A DNA stretch of 64,000 bases, from the IMG/VR virus record IMGVR_UViG_3300042922_000270; one strand, given 5' to 3'. The stretch is from a virus. Its lineage: Duplodnaviria; Heunggongvirae; Uroviricota; Caudoviricetes. A program made the position numbers and the translations under genes. The notes beneath the pieces are model-generated. The model was not told where the DNA came from and did not search any database. It was given only the letters and a program-made list of their open reading frames with translations. This document shows positions 62,310 through 64,000 of this stretch, one piece after another; position 1 is the stretch's first letter, and every line of letters begins with the position of its first letter.

Positions 62310-63357
62310 TGAATATCCCCTTATACATCTGTTCTGGCGTGGGTAGCGTTACATCAACCTTAACTGGTTTATCTTCAGGAAGCATCAATAGAGACCTCCT
62401 GAACATCTCAGGCTTACCTAGTACAGCAGCTTGGGACAGGATCTTCAAACCCTTTGTGTACTGAATATTGTTGGGGCTCTTGATAGACAGTTTACAGAGA
62501 TCCTCTAGTAACTGTTCACCAATGCCAGTGACGTCGTGACCTTTCTTAAGCCAACTAGACCAGATTCTATCAACTCTAGCAAAGTCTCTTTTAAAAGCAC
62601 TATGTAGAATATCAAGTCTCTCAGACTCGTCACACCCACCAATAACCGCATTAAGGGTCTCTTTACTGAAGTCCCCGTCAAGCCTATCAATCATAGACCA
62701 AAGTCTACGTTGAGTTCCCCCAGAGTTCTTAGCTAAGAAGGTTATCTCTTCAAGATAGTCTTCTAGCTCTGGTTCGAATTTTAATACACCCTTGACCTGA
62801 TCCTCGACAGGGATAGGTCCGAAGTCGATCTCATAAGCTCTATCTCTAAGAGCTTCATGAATAGACTTCACGTCGGTGGTCGTACAGATAATAACAGATC
62901 TACTAGATAACTCTTCAAAGATAACTAGTAGAGCACTCTTAGCGGCTCCGCTGAATGCTTGAAACTCATCAATGATGCAGGCTTTATACCTGGACCCCAT
63001 AGCTGGAGCGTACTCCATAGTTGTTTTAAGATCGTTTCTAACCAGGTCTGCTAAGTCACCCATACCACCGTCCATAAACATAAAGTTCATACCAGAACCG
63101 TCGTCTACAGATCTACACCCATCACAGGCATTACAGGGGTTGTGCTCACCATTCTGTCTGACCATACACACTAGACTCTTAGCTACAATCTTAGCTGTAG
63201 TAGTTTTACCTGTGCCGGAGGGCCCTCCAATAATAATTACACTAGGTAGTCTATCTTCAGCTATGCGTTTAGCTAGCTTCGGAACCCATATAGACTGCCC
63301 TAGGACATCCTCAAAGACTTGAGGACGATAAATGTTTGCTTTGGTCTGACTAGACAC
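62302..63357 (-). CDS. dnaX: DNA polymerase III gamma/tau clamp loader
   Basis: IYRPQ.F.DV.GQ, GPSGTGKTT.A...AK.L.C, PCNACDGC zinc module, IIDEFQ, LL...EE. Confidence 0.92.
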   Translation of the reverse strand: MSSQTKANIYRPQVFEDVLGQSIWVPKLAKRIAEDRLPSVIIIGGPSGTGKTTTAKIVAKSLVCMVRQNGEHNPCNACDGCRSVDDGSGMNFMFMDGGMGDLADLVRNDLKTTMEYAPAMGSRYKACIIDEFQAFSGAAKSALLVIFEELSSRSVIICTTTDVKSIHEALRDRAYEIDFGPIPVEDQVKGVLKFEPELEDYLEEITFLAKNSGGTQRRLWSMIDRLDGDFSKETLNAVIGGCDESERLDILHSAFKRDFARVDRIWSSWLKKGHDVTGIGEQLLEDLCKLSIKSPNNIQYTKGLKILSQAAVLGKPEMFRRSLLMLPEDKPVKVDVTLPTPEQMYKGIFSD

Positions 63358-63562
63358 TAAACGCTAACTCCAGCTCTTCCTCAGTAAACCAGTCAGTAAG
63401 AGAATCATCTATATCAACCTTATACCATTGAAGTTTATCAGGCATAGCTAAAGCTATTACTTTACCTAATTTACCTACCCTTTGTCTGGCGTAGGCTTCA
63501 TGAAGACCATTGAGGACTACATTGACAGATTTAATAATTACAATATCACCAACCTGGATCAT
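63350..63562 (-). CDS. SH3/KOW-like family member 9
   Basis: MIQVGDIVIIK...GKLGKV...WYKVD...WFTEEELELAFSV. Confidence 0.72.
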   Translation of the reverse strand: MIQVGDIVIIKSVNVVLNGLHEAYARQRVGKLGKVIALAMPDKLQWYKVDIDDSLTDWFTEEELELAFSV

Positions 63563-63828
63563 AGAGTGAACATGACCTGTAATTCGTCATCCCAGAAGGT
63601 CTCCCGATCAGAGGTACCGTCCAGAGTGACCTTGTACCAGTGATACTTGTTCTCGTCCATACCTGAATAGGTAATGGTTCCAGTCTTGTTATAGTACTTA
63701 CCAGGTTTAGTCACCGAGACAATGTCGTTGACATTTAGTGGGGGCTTAGGGGGTAGCAGTCTCGTAGAGATAGCCTGAGGGGCTAGAAAGTACACAGCTC
63801 GCTTTAGATAATACTTAAACTTATACAC
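63559..63828 (-). CDS. SH3/KOW-like family member 10
   Basis: LNVNDIVSV..PGKYYNKTGTI...WYKVT...FWDDELQVMFTL. Confidence 0.72.
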   Translation of the reverse strand: MYKFKYYLKRAVYFLAPQAISTRLLPPKPPLNVNDIVSVTKPGKYYNKTGTITYSGMDENKYHWYKVTLDGTSDRETFWDDELQVMFTL

Positions 63829-64000
63829 TGAACATTAATTCCAATTCTTCTTCATAGAACCAGTCACCACCAGTTACACGACCAAACCTATCTCTAGCTA
63901 GGGGATTAGTATCTAGCTTGTAGTTAAACGAACCGTTCGGTTGAAGGGACACCCTAACAATCGAGAATAGTCCATTAACATACCTACGTAGGTTCCTATC
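63821..64000 (-). CDS. SH3/KOW-like family member 11, truncated at the window edge and absent from the ORF track
   Basis: Hand translation: ...DRNLRRYVNGLFSIVRVSLQPNGSFNYKLDTNPLARDRFGRVTGGDWFYEEELELMFSV-stop (TAA at 63821-63823). Confidence 0.72.
   Translation of the reverse strand, partial: DRNLRRYVNGLFSIVRVSLQPNGSFNYKLDTNPLARDRFGRVTGGDWFYEEELELMFSV

Noticed and set aside
1-64000. Possible stop-codon reassignment, suggested by the abundance of TAG/CTAG
   Set aside because: Conserved genes (nrdJ, ligA, terL, dnaX) are full length under the standard code, and TAG and TGA both end genes at coupled junctions.

Overview
This window is a fragment of a large lytic tailed phage genome (myovirus-like); no host genes, tRNAs, CRISPR arrays or integrase were seen. 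Bases 1-26.5 kb (+ strand) are the late module: Herelleviridae-like baseplate genes, a DUF4815 tail protein, an elaborate fibre/receptor-binding locus (two fibres sharing an N-terminal anchor, four paralogous 6-repeat kelch-like propellers, one canonical kelch protein, a 3x CBM-like fibre, an HEXXH metallopeptidase), holin, amidase and large terminase. Bases 26.5-64 kb (mostly - strand) are the replication/nucleotide module: class II RNR, NAD-dependent ligase, thioredoxin, dUTPase, Cas4-like nuclease, resolvase, UDG, HAD hydrolase, guanylate kinase, UvrD, RNase HII, DnaG, SF2 helicase, SSB, HolA-like and DnaX. This module is interrupted by a 3038-aa + strand protein carrying PLD-like, SLT and M23 domains. 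The most striking unexplained pattern is a family of at least 11 small SH3/KOW-like genes scattered through the - strand operons, all ending in nearly the same C-terminal motif [DE]-[LIY]-[EQT]-hydrophobic-x-F-[ST]-[VILCK]-stop; two members are missing from the ORF track. Other candidates are a shortened lambda-gpE-type capsid homolog among replication genes, a tandem array of four acidic paralogs beside UDG, and a 78-nt hairpin upstream of the holin. All family assignments come from motif recognition by eye; no database search was run.
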